From Macrostomum lignano (taxonomy: Eukaryota), in NCBI GenBank assembly GCA_002269645.1, contig NIVC01004554.1, positions 1-42,183 of the forward strand: DNA of 42,183 nt, written 5' to 3'. The number at the start of each line of letters is the position of its first letter. Within the stretch, counting starts at the first letter, position 1. Position numbers and translations under genes: made by a program. This document shows, one piece after another, positions 1-10,969 of the stretch. A model generated the notes under the pieces. The model worked only from the letters and a program-made list of their open reading frames with translations. It did not search any database and had not been told where the DNA came from.

Positions 1-2729
1 TGCACTTTTAATACTAGGGGCCAAACAACAATCGTTATTGAAAGATGACTTTAAAATTAACATGCTAATGTTTAAAACAAGTTTGATCACAATATACTAA
101 ATCTTTAATAATACTTCTATAGGCATTTAATATTCTAGTTACTGTTTCCTGTTAGTGTTCTTTCATGGTTTAGTAATCTCTTGTTGCTATGTTTGTTTCT
201 GGGTGCTAGTATGCATTCTGTCCACTTATTTTTAAGCTTATTCTTATTATTTTAGGTCCAATATTATATGGATCTCCGTTAGAGCCAATCAGCTTCTTTC
301 TAAAGTTAATTTGTTGCTACTTGCTCTGGGTTAACTTTAGTGTTATTATGTTTGCTATAAAATAAATAAATAGTCAAGGCAAGAGTCCAAGCATTTATTT
401 TAATCTCGACTCTTTCGTGCTTTACACTTGCATGCTGAAATTTACATGTACTTCTAAGAAGCTACCAATTTGCTAAAGTAAAATAATAAGTGCTGCAAAA
501 ACTTGGCACCCAAGAACTTTCTTTCTACATCCTTTTTGTTACGCCTTTTGTTCATTATTCGTTCCCTAAATATTTTTTGTTTATTCAAAACGTTGCATTA
601 GCAGTCTTTACGAATTCAATAAGCATTTTCTGTCGCTGATTTTTCGCAACTTTACGTTTAATTTACGAGTGCCAATTTTCGCTTCTGTGAGCCGCAATGT
701 TGCAGCTGTTATTGAGGCCACTAATCTAAATAGCTCCACAGAAATTAGGTAATCTATCGAAACGAATATAAAACTATTGAACGTCATGCGCTTTAAATTC
801 TAGCTGCCGACTTGTGCCTCTTTCGTGTCTATGGTCACGCCTACCATGTCCGTTCTTGCCGGCTATGGTATGCCCTGCTGACCATACAGGAGTATCTGAT
901 ATTTTTGCAAGATAAATGAAATTTTAAAGCTGAAACTTTTACTCATTTGCAGTCGCCTCTATGGATAGCATAGTCGGCATTGTGACTAAATATTCTCAGT
1001 TAACTCGCTTTCACCCCTTATGATCTTACCTCACCCCTCGGTCAAATCACCCCTTAGTTTTAAAGCCCCAGCGGGATTCACAAAAATTAGACACAGAAAA
1101 GACTGTACAATTGTAACCCCACATAGTACAGTCAAGCAGTAGACTATAAACATAACTGTTGTCTATGGTAATCGAGCGATGTTCATTTTTGTCACGGCGT
1201 CGCTTAAATAGTCAGTCCTCTTCTGTCTGTTCTATGTATCCGCTGCACGCTCAGTTGTGAATAGGAATGTCTCTCTTTGCTAAAAGAATAACTATGGTAA
1301 GCACTGCGTACCATCCCGGCAGGAGCGGAGATGATTCAAAACCCGATCAGGCAAGAAGCTTTAAGGCTTAATGCTGTGCGAATCGATTTTGTTGGCTTCA
1401 GTGTAGCTGCATTCTGTGGTTTTAGTCTGCTGTTGGTTTCAACTAAATACTAATATTTTTAATTACCTGTTTGTAACTCGATCTTTATGGCAAATATACA
1501 AGCCTATATTGTTTGTAAACAATTGGTGCTTATTATTGCAATCGTATAGCGTCGGGTGAAATTTTTTTAACCTAGCTTTTAATTCTTTTCTTAGTCTGAC
1601 ATTTTAGAAACAGTTTTGTAATGAGGTAGCTTGCTTACCCGGTTTCTGAAGCAGAGACAACGCTTTTCGACTTCTGTAATCCCTGGCTCTTGCCCCTAGT
1701 TAGATAGGGTGGCTTTCCTAAGCTCGAAATTGAGCATCGTCGAAGACAATTCACTGAGCATACTACGAGGGTTGTACAAAAAGCTCTGTATATTGTGGCA
1801 TAGCTAGCTGGCAAAACATAGGTTTCGCCATAGACAATTTCGTATGTAAAGAGCTGATAACTTTGATGGAAGTTTTACGTCTTAAAATCATTTTAGCCTG
1901 CGTACACCATTTTACCCTCGATTTTGAACAAGAAGAACTTCGAAACTGACAGACTTCTCTTCAATAGTGACACTCTATGGTCGGGCACTCAAATCTACAA
2001 TCAATATTGACAGATCAAGCTTCAATTTTGACAATGCACGTTTTGTCAACTTCTCCTGAGAGAATTCGGTAACAAAGTAATCCAATGAAAGCCTGAACGG
2101 GGCTGAAGTGAGCTGTGCAAAATCAGCTTATTTTGACTTTGCTTTTGGGATCTACAAGTATTGATAAAATTTATTTTTCTCCATTCTTTACACAGACTAA
2201 AATAGCCTGACTGGTTGGGGCTGCTAAGTCTGATTCTATTTTGACAGAGTTGCTTCAAAACTGACACTCTATGGTTTGTGTACCCAAAAAGTCCGCTTCA
2301 TTTTTGACAACTCCGAATCAATATTGAACAGTTTACGTTGTGCACGTAAGATGTGCATACGTTGATCTGACCAACCTCGATGGTAAAAACTGAAGCAGTA
2401 GCCAATTAGATTCGAGGCGCAGGCTGCCTCAAGACTTGACAAAAAACAAACTGCCATAGACAAAAGACTGCCTCGACATTTCCAAGCTAAACGATTCTTA
2501 GTCAAAATTGTCAAAATCTTTTTCAAAAAGTTTCTTAGTAAAAATTGATTGTAAACTGTTCAATATTGATTCGGAGTTGTCAAAAATGAAGCGGACTTTT
2601 TGGGTACACAAACCATAGAGTGTCAGTTTTGAAGCAACTCTGTCAAAATAGAATCAGACTTAGCAGCCCCAACCAGTCAGGCTATTTTAGTTTGTGTGTA
2701 AAGGATGGAGAAAAATAAATTTTATCAAT

Positions 2730-3090
2730 TTTTTTTATTAGAGGCAGGGGGGTTGTGTGCACCCTGGCGCACTTTAAGCGACATAAGCACACAACCGGCG
2801 AGAGGCATTACTGCCCATTCCGCCGACTCCCCTGAGCAGGCATACAAGCGCGCGATACGTACGCAGGCACACACTCACACAGGAGTGTACAGCGGCCCTA
2901 ACTTTATATTATCGTTAGGCATGTACACTTCACTGCGCCTTGGGCGGTTGGCTCTCAAGGCCGTTAATTGCACGAGCAGAGCCAAGCCGAGATTCCAATT
3001 CAGCCCCAAATTAATGTGACTGCACTTGGAATCGAGCCTGGGTCGCTGGCACACCAGAGCAGCTGCGCTACCGCTGGGCTACGGCCCCCC
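2730..3090 (-). mobile_element. tRNA-derived SINE, family 1, copy A
   Basis: Minus-strand head GGGGCCGTAGCCCAGCGG (A box) ... GGCTCGATTCC (B box) and an A-rich tail. 14-bp TSD TAAATTTTATCAAT at 2716-2729 and 3091-3104. Near-identical to 26402-26762. Confidence 0.9.
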
Positions 3091-3221
3091 TAAATTTTAT
3101 CAATACTTGTAGATCCCAAAAGCAAAGTCAGAATAAGCTGATTTTGCACAGCTCACTTCAGCCCCGTTCAGGCTTTCATTGGATTACTTTGTTACCGAAT
3201 TCTCCCAGGAGAAGTTGACTA

Positions 3222-4541
3222 CGAAGGGTATTTCAAGTTCGTAGAAACTGATAGAAAGCAAGCAGATATCAAAAAGCGGGTTGCGACACATAATCATCAT
3301 CTAAATCCGATCTCTCATCGTAATCGCCACCGATTTCTATGCACTTTCGCATGCGCTGCAGCCAGCTATCAAAGCAACCCCTAAAATCAGCTTTTTCAAT
3401 GGAGTTGAGCTGCTGATTCACAGCAGAAATTAGCTCATCGCGAGTCTCAAACAACTTTCCACGCAGCGGCTGCTTGATTTTCGGAAATAACCAGAAATCG
3501 CACGGTGCCAGATCCGGTGAATAAGGCGGAGGAGCGCTCAGCAGCTTGATGCCAGAAGCACGAATGTGCTGCACTGTGTTGTTTGCTGTGTGTGCAGGTG
3601 CGTTGTCGTGATGCAGGAAGTAGCGCGTAGCTCAGCTTTGCCACGGCCAGCTGCGATGGAATTGAACACAGCAGGCAAGCAGCTGGTCACATACCAATCA
3701 GAGGTCACAGTGCGGCCTTGCTCAACTGGCACTGAGGCCACAATGCCTCTGGGCGAGAAGAAAATCGCGAACATGATTTTCCCAGCTGACCTCACCCGCT
3801 TCGCCTTTTGGGGAGGTGGGGCTCCTTTGAGTGACCAAACCATCGACTGTGATTTAGTTGGCGGGTCGTACTGATGGAACCAGGCTTCATCACCTGTTAC
3901 GATGTTCTGGAAGTTCGCAGATGCTCCATCTTTGAACTGATCCAGGAAATTTCTGCAGAAATCAATTTTCTGCTGCTTCTGCTCAGGCGAGAGGATTCGT
4001 GGCACCCATTTGGCAGCTTTCTTGGTGACACCAAGATCTTCGTGCAAGATCCTCCAAATCGATGTGGCATCAATGCCCAGACTCTCCTCCATCCTCTCGA
4101 TCGTCAGTCTTGCATCCTCGTTCAACGCCGACTGCACAGCAGCCATATTCAAGGAGTCTGTTGATGTTCTTGGACGACCTTCTCTTGGCTTGTCAGCCAG
4201 ATCGAAATGGCGGGCTCTAAAGCGACCAAACCACTTGTGCACAGTGCTGAGGGATGGTGCTTCATCTTGCAGTACAGTCCTCATCTCAGCAGCAGCTTCA
4301 TTTGCGCTAGAGCCTCGACGAAACAGGAACAGCATTATGGCTCTTGACTGCTCCTTGGAGAACGCAGGAAATACAGTGGAGGGTTCAGAGTTTTATCGCA
4401 GATTTCTGGTGGCCATTTCAATCAATTTTGCTGAAAATGTAGCTGCAGGCTGTAGATATATGAAATAGTATTTGTGAAAAGTTTCAAGGCTATAGCTTTA
4501 TGCAAAGACGGCTTTTCTACGAACTTCTGAAATACCCCTCG
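3222..4541 (-). mobile_element. Inner mariner element, 1320 bp, nearly full length
   Basis: TIRs CGAAGGGTATTTCAAGTTCGTAGAAA and CGAGGGGTATTTCAGAAGTTCGTAGAAA (reverse complement), with TA at 3220-3221 and 4542-4543. The empty site can be rebuilt from the opposite foldback arm. Confidence 0.95.
3269..4335 (-). pseudogene. Mariner transposase interrupted by a 1-nt frameshift near 3625
   Basis: ORF 3538-4335 gives the HTH region, WVPRIL and TGDEAW. A second frame gives RYFLHHDNAPAH...YSPDLAPCDFWLF...RMRKCIEIGGDY. An upstream in-frame ATG at 4416 is followed by TAA at 4395-4393. Confidence 0.92.
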
Positions 4542-4696
4542 TAAACGTGCATTGTCAAAACTGAACCAGAGTTTGTCAAAATTGAAGCTTGATCTGTCAA
4601 TATTTTGAGTGCCCGACCATAGACTGTCAATATCGAAGAGGAGTTTGTCAGTTTCGAAGTTCTCCTTGTTCAAAATCGAGGGTGTGCTCGCCAACT

Positions 4697-5069
4697 GAGA
4701 TCTTCGATATGATGCAGCAAAATCATATCATTGGAGGTTGCTCTAATTGGGGAGGGGGGCCCAATTTTGCTTTAAGATAATGCATCTCCTCATTTAAAGC
4801 AGATGGTGCTGACAGCCGTCGAGTCATGGGGGTGGGAAGTACTTCCGCATCCGCCATGCCCCCCATGCCAGACCTCAGCCTATGCGACTTCTTCCTCTTT
4901 ACCCGCATCAAGGACTCAATGCAGGGCCAGTGTTTCAGATAAGTTGAACTAGGCATATGAAGTGGGAATCGCAACTATGACAAACAATGACATGAGTGCT
5001 AGAATTGAGGAGAGGCTCGTGTGGCGATGGCAGAAGTGCATGGAGGCTGAGGGTGTATATTTTAAGTGA
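4697..5069 (+). pseudogene. Decayed C-terminal fragment of the outer mariner transposase
   Basis: Reads GPILL*DNASPHLKQMVLTAVESWGWEVLPHPP / PDLSLCDFFLFTRIKDSMQGQCF / RWQKCMEAEGVYFK*, with stops and indels. Confidence 0.85.
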
Positions 5070-5437
5070 AATGATGCCTAAGATAAGTTTAAAGTTTTTT
5101 GTCTGCTGGTTATCATTTTAAAGTCGTTATGTAATACACAGAACTTTTTGTACAACCCTCGTATTTACGAGTAGGAAACCAATCTTTAAGCTGAGCTTGG
5201 CCTTGAATGTTTAGTTATTTTTAAGTTATAGAATGTTTTTGCTTCAAATCAGTAAAGTTATTTATGTATGTCGCGGTGTCGCTTAGCGTTTTGGTGCAAC
5301 ATTTTAGGAGTAATCGTGATTTTGCTACGTTGTAATATATATAAAGTATATATTTGTCATCCTCTCCTACTTTTTTCAGTGATTCTCCGAACTTACGGAA
5401 AAGCAGAGTCGAATGCAATAGCCCCTGCCCTGTCACG

Positions 5438-8400
5438 ATGAATTTCGTGGCCAATGCTTTTGAGCAACTTCTGCAACTGGGCCCGATAGAATTTACTGTC
5501 CAAAGTGATATCATTTTTGACCTACCAGTCGTCTCGGTTGACAAAAAAATCATGGATTTTTTGGTGGAAAATAATCAACAATTGAGTCTCACTAGGACGG
5601 AAAGTAATAATGCCCTCGAGCTGGATGCAAAACAAGATTTAATCCATCCGGAATTTGAAATTGACGCAGATAATATCCTCATAAAACAGCAAAAATGGAT
5701 AGCTTCATTTACGGGCGTTGTTAGTTCTGCCACTCAGGATTTAAAGAACCTGCACCTATGGGTTCAAAACAGCAGCGATTTTGATAAACTGACTTCATTA
5801 CAAAATCTGCTTGACGCTGATGCTGACAGCTGTAAAGCTTTGGATAAGCCAAAGGCTGGACAGTTCTGCATTGGCCTGTTCGAAGGAAGCTGGTACCGGG
5901 CCGAGGTAAAGGCTGTCAGCTCGGACTCGATTCGCGTGTTGTTCATCGACTATGGCAACGAAGAGGAAGGCTCGCTAGACGAGCTGCAGTTGAAGGTTTT
6001 GCCGCAGCGTGAAGAGTTGTACCGAGATGCTTTTGCTTTCGAATGCATTTTGAAATCTAGTGACAACCGCTGCTTTAGTCCTGACGCCTGCGACAAGATC
6101 ATCGAGCATGGAGAGTTGCAGTTCAGCATTGATCCGTCAACTGATTCTGAGCCGCCCACGGTCAGCATACCCAAAAACATTCTACAGTCTCTTACAGTCA
6201 CTGAAGTCACGGATTCTGCTGCATTCAACGCAAACAATACCGTAGTTATTGAGCTAGGGAAGCAACAGATTGAATCACAAGCCAATAAGTCGGAGACATG
6301 GGCAGTTTCGAAGAGCATCCAAAGCGAAACATTCACAGGAGTTGTAAGCAACGCAACGCTTCTAGATGATGGTACTAAGCTGCACTTGTGGATTCAGAAC
6401 ACCCGAGATCTAGATGAGTTGGCTTCCTTGCAGAGCCAACTCGACGTTGAGGCTGCCAGCTCAGAGGCATTGACTGCACCTCAGATAGGACAGTTCTGCA
6501 TTGGTCTGTTCGAAGGCGGCTGGTACCGAGCCGAGGTAAAAGCTGTCAGCTCCGACTCGATTCGCGTGTTGTTCATCGACTATGGCAACGAAGAGGAAGG
6601 CTCGCTAGACGAGCTGCAGTTGAAGGTTTTGCCGCATCGTGAAGGGTTGTACCGAGACGCTCTTGCATTCGAATGTATTCTGGAATCTTCCAGCAAGTGC
6701 CGACTCACTTCGAATGCTGATGCTTTAATCACTGCCTTTGATTGTCTTACGGTAAACATTGTGCAAGATTTTTCTTCTGGATTACGCACTATTGGTATCG
6801 ACTCCGACCTTCTGGCATCTTTGGAATCGAGGATTTGCAGTTTGGAACCCATCAGTGCTGCTTATGATGAGCCTCAGAAGGATGCTCCAGTCAGTTCATC
6901 TACCAATGACATTCGAGAAGTCAGAGATGCATCGCAGCATGCTATAATGGAGCACGATTCTCGTACAAAAATTTGGCGAGTAAAGCGACGTCAACTTACT
7001 GGCACTTTTACTGGTACTGTGTGTGCGTGTGTCCCAACTGGTGACAATAAGGAGTACCTGCGCCTTTGGGTTCATCGAACCTGCGATAGTGTAAAGCTTA
7101 AGGCTCTGCAAGACTTGTTCAAAATTGAAGCTGATTCAGCGCCAGATTTAAAACAGCCGAGCCTTGGCCAGACTTGTCTTGTTTTTCACAAGGACCAATG
7201 GTGCCGTGCCGAGATTCTTGCCACGTCTTCTGTGACAATTGAATTGTTTCTTCTGGACTATGGTATTGAAGTGAAGGGCTCACCTAGTATTTTTAGACTA
7301 AAACCTTTGCCCTACAAAGAGGAGCTTTACTGTGAATCATTTGCTTTCGAGTGCATTCTGCCTTGTCCTGGCGTGAATCAGATTATAGGACCTGTTGCTC
7401 AACACAGTTTGTGCGCTAATAACACTGCAGAAGAATCTACAGAGTTTGGTGCTATAACTAATGATAATGTAGATAAAAATTGTGCTCATATGAAAGAAGA
7501 AGCATATACCACTACCTTAAGCATTTCTGTCCCTCAGTGTAAATGGAGCGTCTCCAAAAAACATTTGTTCGGCTTGGTTTCCGCTATGGTTGTTTTCGCT
7601 ATTCAAGTTCAAGACGATCCGAGACGTCTTCGCTTGTGGATTCAGAGCAGCCGAGATCTAGATGAGCTGGCTTCTTTACAGAGCCAACTAGATATTGAGG
7701 CAGCCAGCTCAGAGGCTTTTACTGCACCTCAGATAGGACAGTTCTGCATTGGCCTGTTCGAAGGAAGCTGGTACCGAGCCGAGGTAAAGGCTGTCAGCTC
7801 CGACTCGATTCGCGTGTTGTTCATCGACTATGGCAACGAAGAGGAAGGCTCGCTAGACGAGCTGCAGTTGAAGGTTTTGCCGCAGCGTGAAGAGTTGTAC
7901 CGAGATGCTTTTGCTTTCGAATGCATTCTGCAATCTAGCGATAATTGCTGCTTTAGTACTGACGCCTGCGACAAGATCGTCGAGTATGGAGAGTTGCAGT
8001 TCAGCATTGATCCGTCAACTGATTCTGAGCCGCCCACGGTCAGCATACCAAAAGACATTCTGCAGTCTCTTACAGTCACTGAAGTCACCAATTCTGCTGC
8101 ATCTTTGGCTTCTATCAAAAATAACAAATTGAAACCGGCCGTGCTACCAGCCAGTACGAGTATCTTTTTCGACGGGGAAAATAATGAAAATTTTCATAAA
8201 AGCTGGTGCAAAGTCCCGTTGACGACAATAAGTTACGAATCAGGTAGCGATCGTCCAGAAAACTCAGAAGTTTTGGCCACCGTTTGCTGTCTTCAACCCA
8301 TCACCAACTGCTCCAAACAATCGAACACCTGCAGCAGCGAGGCAGAAAAGCGGCAGCACCAGCAATACAGACCTCGACTGCGGTACACTCCAGATCAGTT

Positions 8401-8980
8401 GCGTGCTGTGTTCGCTAGTATGGTACATGATTATGGTTGCACCATTGTGCCTACACCAGTTCCGCTGCCAGGCCGTTACTCTGTTATTATCCTGCCGTCA
8501 TCAAACTCCAGCCAACTGATGGTGCACCTGCTGCCGCAGTCTCTCCAGCAGGTGGATCGGTTAGCTAAGCGCATGCACTTCTGGTACAATAAGCTTGGCT
8601 TGCTTATCAAGCCTGTGACCAAGTTGTACCCAGGAAAGTCTGTTGCTTTCTTCACCATGAAATCCCATGGTGGTGGTGAATGGTACCGCGGTCGCGTACT
8701 GTCCATCGATACTCGTAACTCTCAAGAGGTCTCCGCCACCGTTTTGGCAGTGGACTACGGCTTTGTGTCGTCTGGCCTACTGACTAGTTTCATTCGCGAG
8801 TTGCCACCGGAACTGACAGGACCAGAATGGCCAGCTGCCATCTGCATCTGTAGATTGGCTAGCAAGGACGTGTTGCCGCAACAGCCGTCTCTGAAACGCG
8901 CCGGCATTGAAGTACTGTCTGATGGCACTTGCTGTCTCTTGCCGCCTTCTAAAAACGCTGACAGGAATGTTGAGAAATAA
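5438..8980 (+). CDS. Multi-Tudor-domain protein (five extended Tudor modules, TDRD-like). May be a large internal/terminal exon.
   Basis: Frame open 5354-8980; first in-frame ATG at 5438. GQFCIGLF-GxWYRAEV...VLFIDYGNEE occurs three times, plus divergent modules (DQWCRAEI...LLDYG and EWYRGRV...AVDYG). Pyrimidine tract + CAG acceptor at 5377-5379; AATAAA at 9098. Confidence 0.9.
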   Translation: MNFVANAFEQLLQLGPIEFTVQSDIIFDLPVVSVDKKIMDFLVENNQQLSLTRTESNNALELDAKQDLIHPEFEIDADNILIKQQKWIASFTGVVSSATQDLKNLHLWVQNSSDFDKLTSLQNLLDADADSCKALDKPKAGQFCIGLFEGSWYRAEVKAVSSDSIRVLFIDYGNEEEGSLDELQLKVLPQREELYRDAFAFECILKSSDNRCFSPDACDKIIEHGELQFSIDPSTDSEPPTVSIPKNILQSLTVTEVTDSAAFNANNTVVIELGKQQIESQANKSETWAVSKSIQSETFTGVVSNATLLDDGTKLHLWIQNTRDLDELASLQSQLDVEAASSEALTAPQIGQFCIGLFEGGWYRAEVKAVSSDSIRVLFIDYGNEEEGSLDELQLKVLPHREGLYRDALAFECILESSSKCRLTSNADALITAFDCLTVNIVQDFSSGLRTIGIDSDLLASLESRICSLEPISAAYDEPQKDAPVSSSTNDIREVRDASQHAIMEHDSRTKIWRVKRRQLTGTFTGTVCACVPTGDNKEYLRLWVHRTCDSVKLKALQDLFKIEADSAPDLKQPSLGQTCLVFHKDQWCRAEILATSSVTIELFLLDYGIEVKGSPSIFRLKPLPYKEELYCESFAFECILPCPGVNQIIGPVAQHSLCANNTAEESTEFGAITNDNVDKNCAHMKEEAYTTTLSISVPQCKWSVSKKHLFGLVSAMVVFAIQVQDDPRRLRLWIQSSRDLDELASLQSQLDIEAASSEAFTAPQIGQFCIGLFEGSWYRAEVKAVSSDSIRVLFIDYGNEEEGSLDELQLKVLPQREELYRDAFAFECILQSSDNCCFSTDACDKIVEYGELQFSIDPSTDSEPPTVSIPKDILQSLTVTEVTNSAASLASIKNNKLKPAVLPASTSIFFDGENNENFHKSWCKVPLTTISYESGSDRPENSEVLATVCCLQPITNCSKQSNTCSSEAEKRQHQQYRPRLRYTPDQLRAVFASMVHDYGCTIVPTPVPLPGRYSVIILPSSNSSQLMVHLLPQSLQQVDRLAKRMHFWYNKLGLLIKPVTKLYPGKSVAFFTMKSHGGGEWYRGRVLSIDTRNSQEVSATVLAVDYGFVSSGLLTSFIRELPPELTGPEWPAAICICRLASKDVLPQQPSLKRAGIEVLSDGTCCLLPPSKNADRNVEK

Positions 8981-10969
8981 TATCGTTTGCAACCTACTTT
9001 GTTCAGCACTTAGCTAATTAATTCAGGTTTTAGATAAGCAAAATAACTACGCTTTTTTTAAGTTGTTCCATGCAGAAAAGTCAAGGTCCAAAGGCAGAAT
9101 AAAAAAAACCAACTACAAGAACTGCCTCTGATAAGTATATAAAACTTTTTAGTGTATACTTATTTTCTTACTAAAACAGCTGAGTAATCTTAGTAGTTTT
9201 TAGTGTTCGATGACATTTACTATAACGTATCACACAGCTTGATCCCTCTGCATAGGTAGTCTATCTTTTTATCGTTTTTTCGTTTAAAAAATTTTGCTTA
9301 GTAATTTTCAAACCTATTCAAAAATTGGATTTTTTCAAACTTATAGAAGGCTAATATAATATTCCCTCGTATTTATAGATAGGTGCTCAACTCTGTCTAA
9401 CTATTTGCATTTTACTACTTTAAGTAGTTCTGAGAATTTCTGTTGTGTAACTGAATTTACAGTTCTAGCCCTACTCAGTTTTCTAGTTTAAGAGCACCCC
9501 GGTGTTTTCCTTGTTGGACTGCTGCTCTCCGCTTTTTGAGAGTGGAGCCGTAATAATAAACGTTTCTGAAGTTTGTTTGGTTTGCAACGTTGAGTTTTAG
9601 TGTTTTTGTATTCTGTTTGGAAAATTCATTAGAATGTGTGTTGGTCTTTATTTTTTTTAATTCTAGGACTAACATTATATAATGGGTTGTAAAGAGATTG
9701 GTATTTATCTCTTACAGCAAGACAAAAATCCAATATAATCAATACTTACGGTTATGCTCTCCTTACCTTTGCTTTGAGCTCATACTTGCTTGACATTGAC
9801 AAATAGTTTTTAGTGATAATAGAGCCACTATAAACTACCTTTAGGCGCGTCTTGCACTACATAATCCCCGTCATCATTATCCCAGGCCTTCTATTCTGGC
9901 AACTCAAGTCGATGTGCCAGCTAAATTTATAGCAAATCCCTGGATCGTATACTCAAAATAAAATCCCATGTGAATCTCTCCACCTTTCTCCACATTCCGT
10001 GGCCCGTATATCTTTGAGCTGCCCAGCACTTAGGCAACTGCCTTGTATTTTCTCCCATTCTGTTCAGAATTGTCAGCCGGAAGCTGCTTTATGAAATATT
10101 CAGCGCACCAGATGAGAGACAGTCTGGGTATTCCTGGCAGAGAATTGGCACTTAACTCGCTCTTCCCTCATCTACTCTAAGTGGCCGCTCCCGATTCCCA
10201 AAGCCACTCCTAGCGGCCGTGTTGTCTTGTTGACCAACTGAGGCATGGATGAAGCGGCTGCTTCACTTTTTTAAGAGCTTGCTATTTTCTAAGACTAAGA
10301 ATTCCCACTGCGTCCTGAGAATACTGAGATGCTTTAAATAGACAGTAGTCGGAATCAAATGCTACCTGTTTAGTTTATTGTTCGTTTAATCTGGTTTTCA
10401 ATTGTTTGAGCGGATCTGAAATCTTTTTCCCTATAATTTCATCCGATTTGCATCTGCAGAAAAGTAAACTGGCCGGAAATATAAATTATGTCACGGAAAA
10501 TCTCTGAATAGTTTGCTCTTGCATTGCATTGAATAGTGGAACTACTTGTAAATGCCCAGGAGAGTGGTTCATTTGCAGAACGCCTGCTGCGTTCCATTTT
10601 AAACGTTGAAGAAAAATAACCGAGTATTTGCTGTTTGCTGTCTCCTCTTAACATTTTCGACTCTAGTGTTGTCACGCACCTGCGCACAGATCTGGGAGCA
10701 ATTTCTATAGTGCAAATCATTTTTTCTGCCACAATCTGCGCTTTTGGTTTTGTGATGGCATGACATCAGCTTTTTTCGTTAATCGGTCTTGCGATCTGAT
10801 GGCTCTTCTGATGACAGTATGAATCAGCCTTAATAGCTAGTGCCGAAAAATAAGCTCGTATATGAGTTCTCAAACTTCCTGACACTTCTCATTGCCACCT
10901 GCATGCATGGGTTCTTTGAGGGTCAGAATCACTGTGCTGTTGGGCATCCTGGGTCCAAATTCAGGCTAC

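Larger units (their letters stand above)
1914..4683. mobile_element. Foldback-type element: long modular inverted arms (~420 bp) around a ~215-bp non-coding spacer
   Basis: 1914-2336 is the reverse complement of 2551-2729 + 3105-3219 + 4544-4683 once the SINE and inner mariner are removed. The arms contain recurring TGACA / TGACACTCTATGG / AATCAATATTGA submotifs. No clean TSD is visible. Confidence 0.75.
1766..5161 (+). mobile_element. Outer, internally deleted mariner (Tc1/mariner) element hosting nested insertions
   Basis: TIRs: CGAGGGTTGTACAAAAAGCTCTGTATATT at 1766, and the reverse complement of AATACACAGAACTTTTTGTACAACCCTCG ending at 5161 (2 mismatches). Flanked by TA at 1764-1765 and 5162-5163. 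A decayed transposase 3' end lies inside. Confidence 0.85.

Noticed and set aside
1-372. AT-rich segment ending in (AAAT)n, possibly a LINE 3' end
   Set aside because: No coding remnant or TSD visible; the 5' part is outside the window.
2730-3090. Genuine tRNA genes at the SINE heads (also 26402 and ~37850)
   Set aside because: A/B boxes are present, but no convincing cloverleaf or acceptor stem; they are followed by a SINE body, A tail and (for family 1) TSDs.
9768-9800. Minus-strand mini-exon ATG...MSSKYELKAK|GTAAGG
   Set aside because: No phase-compatible downstream exon with a sensible open frame was found; may be chance.
10808-10850. Hammerhead ribozyme core CTGATGA...GAAA (also at ~40517)
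   Set aside because: Stem II cannot be paired and no flanking stems I/III are evident.
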